Shown here in pieces: positions 49,992 to 60,132 of a DNA stretch of 64,000 nucleotides (positions are counted from its first letter, which is position 1; each line of letters begins with the position of its first letter). Source of the stretch: Longimicrobiales bacterium (GTDB taxonomy: Bacteria; Gemmatimonadota; Gemmatimonadetes; Longimicrobiales; Gaopeijiaceae). Location of the stretch: NCBI GenBank assembly GCA_963422615.1, contig OY730414.1, positions 682,001 through 746,000 on the forward strand. The letters are read 5' to 3'. The notes beneath the pieces are model-generated. The model saw nothing but the letters and a program-made list of their open reading frames with translations, was not told the DNA's origin and did not search any database. A program made the translations under genes and the position numbers.

Positions 49992-52900
49992 CTATCCCTC
50001 CCGCTTCGGCACCACCACCGGCTCCCCCGCCTCCGGACGGACCCCTTCTTCCGCCAGCCGGTCGTAAAGTGCGGGCAACCGGTCGGAGAGCATCTCGTTC
50101 ACTCGTTCGATCACCGGGGGAACCTCTTCCCACGACCGATCGATCTGCCAAAGCTGGTCGGCGGTCGGCACACTACTTGCGCCCTGGATCCGACCCCACA
50201 GGTTCGCACCTCCGGCGGCTTCGCCGAGCGCTTCGTCCGTCTCTTCCAGTGCTTCCCGGAACGCCTCGATTTCTTTGGTCAGCTCCTCCGGGACGTTCTC
50301 GGCTGCGTCAACCCGCTCCTTGATCTTGTCCAGCTGCTCGTTCATGGACTCGATTCGCTGGTTGGCGTCCCGGACGGCGCCCGAAAGGCGGTACGAGTCG
50401 AGCATCGCATCTTGCCGGGCCATCAGGTCGCCCGGAGAGATCGACACCCTGGGGTCCAGGCGTACTTCGACCGGCTTCGTCAGCGTGTCTGCCCCTGCGA
50501 TTAGGGTGACGTCGTATGGTCCCGGCAACACCCGCGGCCCGGGGTCCATGGGCTCGCCGTCGGCGCCCTTCTCGGTCAGCCGCAGGTCCCAGATCACTTC
50601 ATTGAGGCCGACGTTCCCGGCCCCCTTCAGCTCCCGTACCTCCCTTCCACCGTCATCGGCAATGGTCAGGGTAACGCTGTCCGACCCGGCGCCAGGGCCC
50701 AGGTGGTAGCGAAGACGGGCCCCTGCCTCCGGATTGGAGGCGGCGTAGATCCCGGGCGTCCATCCTTGCGGCCGATAAGGGTTGTAGGAAGTAGCCCGGT
50801 GCACGGAAAAGAGGTGGACATCCGCCGCCATCACTTCGGGCGTGAGCTCCTGCAACGGGGTGATGTCGTCCATGATCCAGATCCCGAGTCCGTGAGTGCC
50901 GACTACCAAGTCGTTGTCCCGAGAATGCACGACGATGTCGTCCACGGGTACGGTGGGTAGACCGTTCTTCAGGGACGACCAATGCGCGCCGCCGTCAATG
51001 GAGAAGTGCACGCCCACTTCGCTTCCGGTGAAGAGAAGGTTGGGTGCCCACGGGTGCTGGGCCAGCGCATTCATGGATGTTTCCGGCAGACCGTCGGTGA
51101 TGCGCTCCCAGCGTTCGCCGAAGTCCCGGCCGACGTAGACATAGGGGGAAAAGTCGTCGCTCCGATGTCCGTCGAAGACGGCGAAGACGGTGCCCGAGTC
51201 GCCTCGGGAAGCGAGGATTCGGGTCACGTACGTGTACGGCGGGAGTCCGGATACGTTCGGGGTAAGATCCAGCCAGCTCTCGCCCCCGTCTCGGGTCACG
51301 TGGAGCCGTCCGTCGTCGCTGCCCGTGTAGAGTACGGCGGGATCCAAGGGCGACTCGGCGATCGCGGTGAGGTTTCCGTAGCTGGACCGGCCGTCGTTGC
51401 GGGACATCTGCGGCTCGCTCCCGGCCACGCCCATGAGTTGTAGGGTGTCGCGGTCGATGGCGTAGGTCAGATCCGGGCTGATTTCTTCCCAGCTCTGTCC
51501 CAGGTCCCTTGATCGGAAAAGAACATTGGAACCCGTATAGACCACGCGGTCGTCGTGGGTCGAAAGCACAATGGGCGAGTCCCAGTTCCACCGGAGTTCC
51601 CGCTCCTCTCCCTCGTCCATGGGCCTCGCAACGGGCCGAATCCGGGCCCTCTCCCCGGTTGCCAAGTCCACCCGGATCAGGTTTCCGCCCTGGGATTCTG
51701 CGAACATGAGGCGGGGATTGGTGGGGTGCATGACGGTGAAGAATCCGTCTCCCGATCCCACGTTGTACCAATCCCGGGCGCGGATCCCCTGGTTGGACCA
51801 AGTGTCCGAAGGTGCGCACCAGGAGCCGTTGTCCTGGAGGCCGCCGCAGACGTGGTAGGGATCCCGCATATCCACGCCGATTTCGTAGAACTGGGCGATG
51901 GGCAGATTCCGGAACTGGTACCAGTTGTCGGAGCGGTCCCAGCTTACGGAAACGCCGCCATCACCCCCAAGAATCAGGTGGTTCGAGTCGGCCGGGTCGA
52001 TCCATAGCGCGTGATGATCGAGGTGGACGCCGACGGCAGCGTCCGGGGTGAAGGTGTTTCCTCCGTCGGAAGATCTGTAGAGGCTGGATCCGCCCAAGTA
52101 GATCCGCTGGGGGTCATTCGGATCGACCCAAATCTGACTGTAGTACATGGGGCGGTTGTTGGTGGGGCTCAGATGCTCCCAACTCTCCCCCCGATCGATA
52201 GAGCGATAGACGCCGTTCTTGCGCTCCCCGTCGGCCGGCCCGCCGCCGAAGCCCTGGCCCGGCGCCCGGGGGTCGGCCTCGACCAGGGCGAACACCATGT
52301 TGCCGTCCCGCCTGTAGATGTGGAGCCCGATCCGTCCCATGTCGCCTTCGGGAAGACCCCGGGTCAGCTCCGTCCACGTGTCTCCGCCGTCCGTCGTTCG
52401 GTAGATTCCGCTCCCGGGGCCCCCGCCGTTGAAGCCCCAGGCCCGCCGCCGCCGCTGATACATGGCGGCGAAGAGGGTCCGGGGGTCCGCCGGATCCATG
52501 ACCAGGTCAATGGCGCCGGTGTTCTCGTCCACGTAGAGGATTTTCGCCCAGGTTTGGCCGCCGTCGGTGGTTCTGTACACGCCTCTTTCGGGGTTGGGCC
52601 CCCAGAGATGACCGGTCGCCGCCACGTAGGCCACATCCGGGTCTTGAGGATGGACCTGAATCCGGGCGATGTGGTGGGTCTCCGCCAGGCCCAGATGTGT
52701 CCAGGTTCGTCCCCCATCCACGGAGCGGTAGACCCCGTTGCCCCAAGGGGAGCTCTGGCGATTCTGGGGTTCTCCGGTACCCACCCACACCACGTTCGGG
52801 TTGGAAGGGGCCACCGTCACGTCCCCCACCGAAGCCGTTTCTTCGTCCCTGAAAACATGTTCGAAGGTGATTCCGGCGTTTCGCGTCTTCCACACGCCTC

Positions 52901-53156
52901 CCGTGGCGGTCCCGACATAGAAGGTTCGGGGGTCCGATTCGACGACCGCCAGGTCCGAGACCCGTCCGCCCATGATCGTGGGTCCGAGGGGCCGGAACTT
53001 CAGGGCGGCGGCGGCCAGCGCAAGGGGATCGGCGGACTCCTGATCGCCGGCCTCCTGCTGGGAAGGAAGGGCGCGTACGCCAAGCAGGGAAACGCCGACG
53101 GTGAGCCCTGCGAGAGTGAGCAACGATGAACGCAGAAGTCTCGTGTGGGGATACAT
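49992..53156 (-). CDS. Secreted BNR/Asp-box (VPS10/sortilin-like) beta-propeller protein, putative glycosyl hydrolase
   Basis: Many SxDGGxTW repeats, GGRVSDL, GGLQDNGSW, C-terminal coiled coil. Confidence 0.88.
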   Translation of the reverse strand: MYPHTRLLRSSLLTLAGLTVGVSLLGVRALPSQQEAGDQESADPLALAAAALKFRPLGPTIMGGRVSDLAVVESDPRTFYVGTATGGVWKTRNAGITFEHVFRDEETASVGDVTVAPSNPNVVWVGTGEPQNRQSSPWGNGVYRSVDGGRTWTHLGLAETHHIARIQVHPQDPDVAYVAATGHLWGPNPERGVYRTTDGGQTWAKILYVDENTGAIDLVMDPADPRTLFAAMYQRRRRAWGFNGGGPGSGIYRTTDGGDTWTELTRGLPEGDMGRIGLHIYRRDGNMVFALVEADPRAPGQGFGGGPADGERKNGVYRSIDRGESWEHLSPTNNRPMYYSQIWVDPNDPQRIYLGGSSLYRSSDGGNTFTPDAAVGVHLDHHALWIDPADSNHLILGGDGGVSVSWDRSDNWYQFRNLPIAQFYEIGVDMRDPYHVCGGLQDNGSWCAPSDTWSNQGIRARDWYNVGSGDGFFTVMHPTNPRLMFAESQGGNLIRVDLATGERARIRPVARPMDEGEERELRWNWDSPIVLSTHDDRVVYTGSNVLFRSRDLGQSWEEISPDLTYAIDRDTLQLMGVAGSEPQMSRNDGRSSYGNLTAIAESPLDPAVLYTGSDDGRLHVTRDGGESWLDLTPNVSGLPPYTYVTRILASRGDSGTVFAVFDGHRSDDFSPYVYVGRDFGERWERITDGLPETSMNALAQHPWAPNLLFTGSEVGVHFSIDGGAHWSSLKNGLPTVPVDDIVVHSRDNDLVVGTHGLGIWIMDDITPLQELTPEVMAADVHLFSVHRATSYNPYRPQGWTPGIYAASNPEAGARLRYHLGPGAGSDSVTLTIADDGGREVRELKGAGNVGLNEVIWDLRLTEKGADGEPMDPGPRVLPGPYDVTLIAGADTLTKPVEVRLDPRVSISPGDLMARQDAMLDSYRLSGAVRDANQRIESMNEQLDKIKERVDAAENVPEELTKEIEAFREALEETDEALGEAAGGANLWGRIQGASSVPTADQLWQIDRSWEEVPPVIERVNEMLSDRLPALYDRLAEEGVRPEAGEPVVVPKREG

Positions 53157-53271
53157 GACTGCCTCCTGAACGGGTGTTGGCGGGTGGACCCGGGAGCCCT
53201 TCCTGCCTTACGATAGGTCCGCCGGAGACTGTTCGCACGATGGAGCTTCGGAAAGGGGCGACAATACCACC

Positions 53272-54426
53272 ATGAGTACACGACGGGATTTTATCGGAAC
53301 GGCTGCCGGTGTCACCGCCCTGGGCCTCGCAGGAGGTGCCCTTGCAGGCGGGTGGGAGGATACGGCGGCTCTGGTGCGACCTGGGATCGGTGACACAGGT
53401 CGGGCGAAAGCCCGGCGGGGGCAGGGCCTCGCCGTCCTGGTTCTGGGGGGCACCGGGTTCATCGGTCCCCATCTTGTTCGTCACGCCATGGTGCGGGGTC
53501 ACACGGTCACCCTCTTCAACCGGGGCCGGACCAACACTCATCTGTTTCCGGAGGCGGAAAAGCTTGTCGGGGACCGGAACGGAGACTTGACGGCCTTGGA
53601 AGGTCGGCGATGGGATGCCGTGATCGACAACTCGGGGTATACGCCCGCCCAGCTTCAGCTCTCGGTGGACCTCCTGAAAGACGCGGTGGACCAGTATCTG
53701 TTCACCTCCACCCGGTCGGTGTACACCGATTACACGCAGGACGTCATGGATGAAAACGCTCCCGTCGGTCCGGCGGACCTGCCCGAGAGCGAATGGCAGG
53801 GGTACGGACCCAACAAGGTCTTGGCGGAGCGGGTGGTCGAGGCCGGGTTTGGGGCGCGCACCTTGATCGTGCGTCCCCCCATCATCGTCGGTCCTGGCGA
53901 CCGGAGCGACCGGTTCACCTATTGGGTTGACCGAATCGACGACGGCGGGGAAGTCCTGGTTCAGGGAGACCCGGGAGACCCGGTCCAGTTCATCGATGTC
54001 CGAGACTTGGCGGAGTTCTACGTGCACCTTCTGGAGCAGAATGGGACGGGCATCTTCAATTCTACGGGCCCGGCAGCGCCCCTTTCGTCAGCCGAACTGG
54101 TGTACGGGATCCGGGCGATTACGGCGACCCCCGTCTCCTTCACGTGGGTGGACTGGGACTTCCTGATTGAGCGCGGGCAGCGACCCCAGCGCCAGCTTCC
54201 CTTCTGGCAGCCGCCGCGAGGCCGCTACCTGAACTACGGGCGCACGGACAGCCGCCGAGCCATTGCCGGGGGCCTCGGGTTTCGACCGTTGGCGGTGACG
54301 GCAAAGGATACGCTCGATTGGCACCGAAGCCGCCCCCCGGACGAGCAGGCTGGACTTCGCACCGGCCTGAGCCGAAACGCCGAATCAGAGCTTCTCGAAG
54401 CGTGGAGGACGAGGAGCGGCGGGTGA
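53272..54426 (+). CDS. Tat-signal NAD-dependent epimerase/dehydratase family (atypical SDR) protein
   Basis: STRRDFIG signal; LVLGGTGFIG, TLFNRGRT, YGPNK, DRFTYW, QFIDVRDL. Confidence 0.9.
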   Translation: MSTRRDFIGTAAGVTALGLAGGALAGGWEDTAALVRPGIGDTGRAKARRGQGLAVLVLGGTGFIGPHLVRHAMVRGHTVTLFNRGRTNTHLFPEAEKLVGDRNGDLTALEGRRWDAVIDNSGYTPAQLQLSVDLLKDAVDQYLFTSTRSVYTDYTQDVMDENAPVGPADLPESEWQGYGPNKVLAERVVEAGFGARTLIVRPPIIVGPGDRSDRFTYWVDRIDDGGEVLVQGDPGDPVQFIDVRDLAEFYVHLLEQNGTGIFNSTGPAAPLSSAELVYGIRAITATPVSFTWVDWDFLIERGQRPQRQLPFWQPPRGRYLNYGRTDSRRAIAGGLGFRPLAVTAKDTLDWHRSRPPDEQAGLRTGLSRNAESELLEAWRTRSGG

Positions 54427-54516
54427 GGCGCCCGTCGTTAATCTTCTCCCCGTCGTTTCTCGTGAAGCGCAGGGTAGCGTACACAGCGCAGGAGTAGCCT
54501 ACCCGCGGGAGCGTCT

Positions 54517-55293
54517 CTAGCGCTCTTGGCCCACAGTGTCTCGCCATTCGTTCCCGGTCGGCTCCTTCAAGGGGTCTTCCTGTTCTTCGAAGGTTCCGGT
54601 CCGGAGGAAATGGATGGTGGCGTCGGCAGCGTGGCGGCTGTTCATGATGAAGGTGTGGGACCTGGGCAGGACGACCGTCGGAACGTCGGCGATTCGGGCC
54701 CGATCCACGGCGACGATGCCGTCGTCCGGTCCGGGGATCATGGCGGAGCCAATGGGGTTGACGCTTCGGTTTCCGGCGATGATCCCCATCGGATAGGCGG
54801 GAGGCGCAAGCTTCTCGGGGAGGTCCATACTGTCGGGCCCGAGCGCTCGTCCGGCCGGTCCCAGAGCTCTGGCCCCCAGGGGGAAGTCGAGCAGCCATTC
54901 CGCCAGCTCGCTTCCCCGATTCGGCGGGGCCATAAGCACGACTCGGCCAAGGGTGGCGGGGGGCATTTCGGCGAGGTATCTGCGAATGACGATTCCGCCT
55001 AGGGAATGCCCCACGAAGTGAATCTGGTGGGCTTCCCGGCAACACAGGGCCACGGCCGCGTCCAAGTCGCCGACGTGTTCGGAGAGGGAAGCGGAGCGGG
55101 AGTCGTAGCTCATGGTCGCCACATCATACCCCGCCCACCGGAGCCGCTGAGCGAGGACGATCATGGAGTGCTCGGTTCGGCCCAGTCCATGGACCAGCAC
55201 CACTGATTCTCTCGGATCCGGACGCGAACGGCCCGCTTCGCACGCGAGGACAAGGAACAGGAGGGCACCGAGCAGGAAGCATTCCTTCTTCAT
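54517..55293 (-). CDS. Alpha/beta hydrolase (lipase/esterase family), probable lipoprotein
   Basis: VVLVHGLGR, GHSLGG, APPNRGS, DDGIV, HTFIM; lipobox LVLA/C. Confidence 0.9.
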   Translation of the reverse strand: MKKECFLLGALLFLVLACEAGRSRPDPRESVVLVHGLGRTEHSMIVLAQRLRWAGYDVATMSYDSRSASLSEHVGDLDAAVALCCREAHQIHFVGHSLGGIVIRRYLAEMPPATLGRVVLMAPPNRGSELAEWLLDFPLGARALGPAGRALGPDSMDLPEKLAPPAYPMGIIAGNRSVNPIGSAMIPGPDDGIVAVDRARIADVPTVVLPRSHTFIMNSRHAADATIHFLRTGTFEEQEDPLKEPTGNEWRDTVGQER

Positions 55294-55321
55294 CGCGAAT
55301 CCCTCCATGATGAGAATCTCT

Positions 55322-55343
55322 TGACAATAGGATAATAGTGTCA
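55322..55343. promoter_or_regulatory. Imperfect palindrome TGACA-N12-TGTCA between divergent genes
   Basis: tgacaataggataatagtgtca; overlaps a TTGACA hexamer. Confidence 0.45.
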
Positions 55344-55485
55344 GCGGCGCGGCCGGGCGTGTTTCATCGGCTCTGTAGGGAACCGGGAGGGGGAATTCGT
55401 CTCTTCGACTTGCTTCGCTCCCTCGGGGGAAGCAATGTCACGGGCATTCCCGGAGTCCGCGTCCCCAATTCACGAGGAGCGACCC

Positions 55486-58437
55486 ATGCGGAACCCAAGG
55501 ATCTTTTCGGCACTCGCGTCCATCGTCATCGCGGCGGCCCCCTTTTCTCTTTCCGGCCAGCAAGCCGTGGACGAGGACTACACGGCGCGGATCGCGGAGG
55601 CCACGACGGAACCGTTTTTTACCACCCCCCTCGTCAACTACCTGCCCTTCAGCGAAACGGTTCCGACCCCCTTGGACTTCCTGGGGCATATCGCGGGCGC
55701 GCCCGATATCCTCAGCTACCCCGAGGAAGTCCACGCCTACATGCGGGCCCTGGCGACGGCTTCTCCGCGGGTTGAGGTGTTCACCATTGGCGAATCGGAG
55801 GAAGGCAGAGAGATGATACTCGTAGTCGTTGCCTCCGAGGAAACCATCGCGGAGCTGGAGACCCACAAGGCGAGTCTCCGTGCCCTGGCCGACCCGAGAG
55901 TTACGCCGCCAGACGAAGCCGAACGGATCATCGCGTCCGCAAAGCCCGCCTATTGGTCGGCGGGTGCCATTCATTCGCCCGAAACCGGATCGCCGGAGAT
56001 GTTCATGGAGCTGGCGTACCGGCTTGCGGTGGGAGAAAGCGACTTCATCCGGGAAATCAGGGACGGCTTGGTCTACATGATCACCCCCGTGATCGAGGTG
56101 GACGGAAGGGCCAAGGTTGTCGACCTGCACATGGGGAAACGCGGGGATCCCGACGCAAATCTGCCTGCCCGACCCTTGTACTGGGGCAAGTACGTGGCGC
56201 ACGACAACAATCGGGACAACATCGGTCAAGCCTTGGCCTTGTCTCGGGCCGTGACCCGAACGTACCTGGAGTACCGCCCCACCGTTTTCCACGACCATCA
56301 CGAATCGGCATCCTACCTTTACACGTCCACGGGACGGGGTCCGTACAATGCCTGGCTGGACCCCATCGTGATCAACGAATGGAACCGCTTGGCCTACAAA
56401 GAAGTGCAGGACATGACGGCCTTCGGGGTTCCCGGGGTGTACACGCACGATTTCTACGATGGCTGGGGGGCCAACTACATGATGTGGGTTGCCCACATGC
56501 GCAACTCCGTCGGCCGCTTTTACGAGACGCAGGGCGCGGGCGACGCCTCCAACCGCGTCATCCGCTCCAACGTGGAACGCCAGTGGCACCGACCCAGTAC
56601 GCCGTTGCGAGAAGTCGTCTGGGGCATCCGGAACAATGTCAACCTGCAGCAGAGCGCGGTGCTGATCGCCATGCACGAAGTTGCGACGAACCGCCAGGAG
56701 TTCCTCCGCAACTTTTACCGCAAATCCCGGCGGTCCGTTGCAAAGGCGCACAACGAAGGACCTGCCGCCTATATCCTCCCCGCCGACGACCCGAGGCCGG
56801 GCCAGCAGGCGCGGTTGTTGCGGCTCATGGCGGATCACGCTTTCGAAGTTCACCGCGCGGAAGAGGAGATCCGGTTGGACGATGCTGTCTTTCCGGAAGG
56901 GAGCTACGTCATCCGGATGGACCAGCCCCACTCCCGGGGTGCGGACATGCTTCTGGACAAGCAGTACTACAATCCCAACGACCCACGGCCGTACGACGAC
57001 GTGGGGTGGACCGTCGGTCCGCTCTTCAACGCGAAGACCGTGCGGATTGAGGAAACGGCGGTCCTGGACACGGACATGACCCTCGTCGAAAACGGGCTCG
57101 TTTCCGGGGGTGTGGAAGGGCGCCGTGGAGGCACATACCTGGTCAACTACAACGCGGACAACACCTTGTCGGCCTTCCGGTTCGCCCAGGACAGCCTGGT
57201 GATCATGGCAGCGGAGGCTTCCTTCACCGAGGACGACCGACGTTTCAACGCGGGCACCTTCGTGATCCGGGAAGCCGACAACCCGAACACCGATCTCCCC
57301 GTTCTGCTGGCCGAGGCCGGGCGGGAGTTCGGGTTCACCGCCTACCGGACAGGGACGGAGCCTCCCGTCGGGCTCCACGAGACTCGAGTTCCCCGGGTCG
57401 CCGTCGTCCACACCTGGACCAACACCCAGGACGAAGGCTGGCTCCGGATCGGCCTCGACGAGTACGAGATTCCCTATGACTACATCTCCGTGCACGAGGT
57501 GCGCGACAACGGGGAGCTGAAGCGCGACTACGATGTGATCGTCATGGGCCAGCAACGGGGCGACGCCATGAGCCTTGTGCGGGGGCTTCAGGGAGATGAG
57601 CCGGTCCCGTGGCAGGCGAGCGACCTGACGCCCAACATTGGTCGCCAGGATTCCACCGACGACATGCGCGGGGGCCTGGGGCTAGAGGGTGTTCTGCATT
57701 TGAAGCGGTTCGTCGAAGCTGGGGGCGTTTTCGTGACCATGGCCGGGGCATCCCGAGTTCCGGTTCACTTTGGCTTGGCCGACGGCGTTTCGATCCGGAG
57801 CACGCCGGGCATGTGGGCTCGGGGCGGCGTCTATGCGACCCGCGTCACGGACAGGACGAGCCCGATCGGATATGGCTACGAGGATCTCGGGGTGGCCTTC
57901 AATACGGGGCCCGTCTTCCAGATTGGCGGTGGTGGCTTCGGGGGATTCGTTGGCGGTCGGGAGGGCGGCGGAAACCACGGTGAAGGCGACACGACCGCCC
58001 GCAGGACGGGTCGGGGCGGCCCTGACGAGGAGGACGTCGTTCAGGGCAGGTCCCGGGATCTGGGCCGGGATGGGGTGGCTGCTTTCCGGGAAGCCGAAGA
58101 AGAGGGGGAAGATGCGCCTGCCAGAGGTGTGCGCTTCGGTCCCAGGACGGATCACATCCGGGTGGTGATGCGCTTTGCCGCCGATGTGGAGGATCTGTTG
58201 ATCAGCGGCGGGTTGCAGAACGGGGCGCCACTGGCGAATGCGCCAGCCGTCGTTGACGTCCCGCTGGGAAACGGGCATGTCGTGATGTTTGCCTTCAACC
58301 CATTCTGGCGTTCCCACACGCACGGCTCGTACGCCTTGTTGTTCAACACCTTGATCCACCACGATGCGCTTTCGATTCCCGAGGAAGAAATGACGACCGA
58401 CGGCGACTCGGAGGCAGGGAGTCCGGGTTCGGAGTGA
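55486..58437 (+). CDS. Secreted M14-family zinc carboxypeptidase-like protein
   Basis: IGESEEGREM, IHSPE (HxxE), HDNNRD, DHHES; signal peptide; GAGGAG RBS. Confidence 0.88.
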   Translation: MRNPRIFSALASIVIAAAPFSLSGQQAVDEDYTARIAEATTEPFFTTPLVNYLPFSETVPTPLDFLGHIAGAPDILSYPEEVHAYMRALATASPRVEVFTIGESEEGREMILVVVASEETIAELETHKASLRALADPRVTPPDEAERIIASAKPAYWSAGAIHSPETGSPEMFMELAYRLAVGESDFIREIRDGLVYMITPVIEVDGRAKVVDLHMGKRGDPDANLPARPLYWGKYVAHDNNRDNIGQALALSRAVTRTYLEYRPTVFHDHHESASYLYTSTGRGPYNAWLDPIVINEWNRLAYKEVQDMTAFGVPGVYTHDFYDGWGANYMMWVAHMRNSVGRFYETQGAGDASNRVIRSNVERQWHRPSTPLREVVWGIRNNVNLQQSAVLIAMHEVATNRQEFLRNFYRKSRRSVAKAHNEGPAAYILPADDPRPGQQARLLRLMADHAFEVHRAEEEIRLDDAVFPEGSYVIRMDQPHSRGADMLLDKQYYNPNDPRPYDDVGWTVGPLFNAKTVRIEETAVLDTDMTLVENGLVSGGVEGRRGGTYLVNYNADNTLSAFRFAQDSLVIMAAEASFTEDDRRFNAGTFVIREADNPNTDLPVLLAEAGREFGFTAYRTGTEPPVGLHETRVPRVAVVHTWTNTQDEGWLRIGLDEYEIPYDYISVHEVRDNGELKRDYDVIVMGQQRGDAMSLVRGLQGDEPVPWQASDLTPNIGRQDSTDDMRGGLGLEGVLHLKRFVEAGGVFVTMAGASRVPVHFGLADGVSIRSTPGMWARGGVYATRVTDRTSPIGYGYEDLGVAFNTGPVFQIGGGGFGGFVGGREGGGNHGEGDTTARRTGRGGPDEEDVVQGRSRDLGRDGVAAFREAEEEGEDAPARGVRFGPRTDHIRVVMRFAADVEDLLISGGLQNGAPLANAPAVVDVPLGNGHVVMFAFNPFWRSHTHGSYALLFNTLIHHDALSIPEEEMTTDGDSEAGSPGSE

Positions 58438-58735
58438 GCAAAAGCCGCTGTGCGGGGCGGCCGGCGGCCTATGGGCGGGCGACGGGTGGCGTTCCGTCTT
58501 GCCTTCTTGCGTGGCGGCTGCCCGGGTCCCAATATAGGCTTGGTTTGAGGCGCCGGCGGTCCGTCCGGTCGCATTGAGGAAGCCCAAGACCCTGGGGCAC
58601 GGGAGATGGCGGCGGTCCGCGGCATGCCGCGGAAAATCCCTGCATAGGGTGGTTCCTTCGTGTTCGCGCCAAGGCGGGCGTCGGGGTCGCCGTTACACCC
58701 AAGAAACGGGGCGCAGGAGATCGGAGGGAGTACGC

Positions 58736-60097
58736 ATGAGTAGACTTGATCGGAGGGCCTTTCTCAGAAACACCGGGGCGACTGCGTTCCTGGGGGCAGC
58801 CGTTGCCGGAAGTGCGGCCGCCTCGGAGGTGCGGGGTCCAGACCATAGTCCGTCTCCGGTTTCGCCCCCCGGTCCCGACGACTACGACTTTGACGAGGTA
58901 TACGACCGGACCGGCACCGACAGCGTTCGTTGGGACCGGGCCATCGAACAGTTCGGTTCCGGAGTCGTCGCGGGCATGGGGGTCGCCGATATGGACTTCC
59001 GCGCGGCACCCTGCGTCACCCGGGCACTGGCGGAACGGTGCCTGCACGAAAACTGGGGCTACCTGCACCGCCCTTCTTCGTATGCGCATGCGGTTGCCGA
59101 TTGGAACCAACGGCGCTACGGCCTGGAAATCGATCCCGACTCCATCGTTTTTACGACCGGTGTGCACCCGGGGCTGATCGCGGCCCTGCAGACCTTTTCT
59201 CCGCCCGGCGGGAGAGTTCTGATGACGACGCCGACCTACGCGGGCTTCTACACCGACCTTCGCTTTACCCGGACGGTGGCGGAGGACTGCCCGATGTTCG
59301 TTGAGGACGGACGCTACGGCATCGACTTCGACGACTTCGAGCGGCGCGCGCAACGGTGCAACTCTTTCATCCTGTGCAACCCCCAGAACCCCACGGGCAA
59401 CTGCTGGGATCAGGACGACCTGATGCGGATGGGGGAAATCTGCCTGAAGCACCGGGTCGTCGTTCTCGCTGACGAGATCCACTGCGATTTCGTGACGAAG
59501 GGGAACACCTATACTCCCTTCGCCAGCCTCCCGGACAGGGACATTGTCGACAACAGCCTGACCTTCAAGTCGGCGAGCAAGTCCTTCAGCTTGGCGGCCA
59601 TGAAAGTGGCGTGGTACTTCACGACCAACCAGGACTACCTGGAGCGCGTCAAGAGCAACACCCGGGCCGATCTGAGCACGCTGGGCATGGTGGCGAGCCG
59701 GGCTGCGCTCACCGAGGGCGAGCCCTGGTTGGACGACCTCCTCGTATACCTTGACGCCAACCACGACTTTGCCGAGTCGTACATTCGGCGCAACATGCCC
59801 TCGGTCCAATACACCAAGGCCGAAGGCACGTACTTGGCGTGGCTGGACATGACGGAGCTTTCGGAGCGCATCGGGGCTGCCGAGACGGCCGTCCGTGACA
59901 GCGCGGAGTCCATTGACCCTGTTACGCCGGAGCAGGTGGTCCAGCGCTGGTTCGCCCAGGGCGCCGGCGTGTTCCTGAACCCAGGGTCAAGCTATGGGAC
60001 CGGCGGCGCCGGATACATGCGGATGAATCTGGCTTCGCCGCGCCGAGTTGTCGAGATGGCTTTGCACAACATGACCGATGCCATTGAGAACGCATAA
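58736..60097 (+). CDS. MalY/PatB-family PLP-dependent enzyme (cystathionine beta-lyase-like) with Tat signal
   Basis: LDRRAFL signal; MGVADMDF, LCNPQNPTG, ADEIHCD, SASKSFSLA (PLP Lys), EGTYLAWLD. Confidence 0.92.
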   Translation: MSRLDRRAFLRNTGATAFLGAAVAGSAAASEVRGPDHSPSPVSPPGPDDYDFDEVYDRTGTDSVRWDRAIEQFGSGVVAGMGVADMDFRAAPCVTRALAERCLHENWGYLHRPSSYAHAVADWNQRRYGLEIDPDSIVFTTGVHPGLIAALQTFSPPGGRVLMTTPTYAGFYTDLRFTRTVAEDCPMFVEDGRYGIDFDDFERRAQRCNSFILCNPQNPTGNCWDQDDLMRMGEICLKHRVVVLADEIHCDFVTKGNTYTPFASLPDRDIVDNSLTFKSASKSFSLAAMKVAWYFTTNQDYLERVKSNTRADLSTLGMVASRAALTEGEPWLDDLLVYLDANHDFAESYIRRNMPSVQYTKAEGTYLAWLDMTELSERIGAAETAVRDSAESIDPVTPEQVVQRWFAQGAGVFLNPGSSYGTGGAGYMRMNLASPRRVVEMALHNMTDAIENA

Positions 60098-60132
60098 CCC
60101 CCAGCGACAGTGACACCAAAGGAAAGCGAAGA

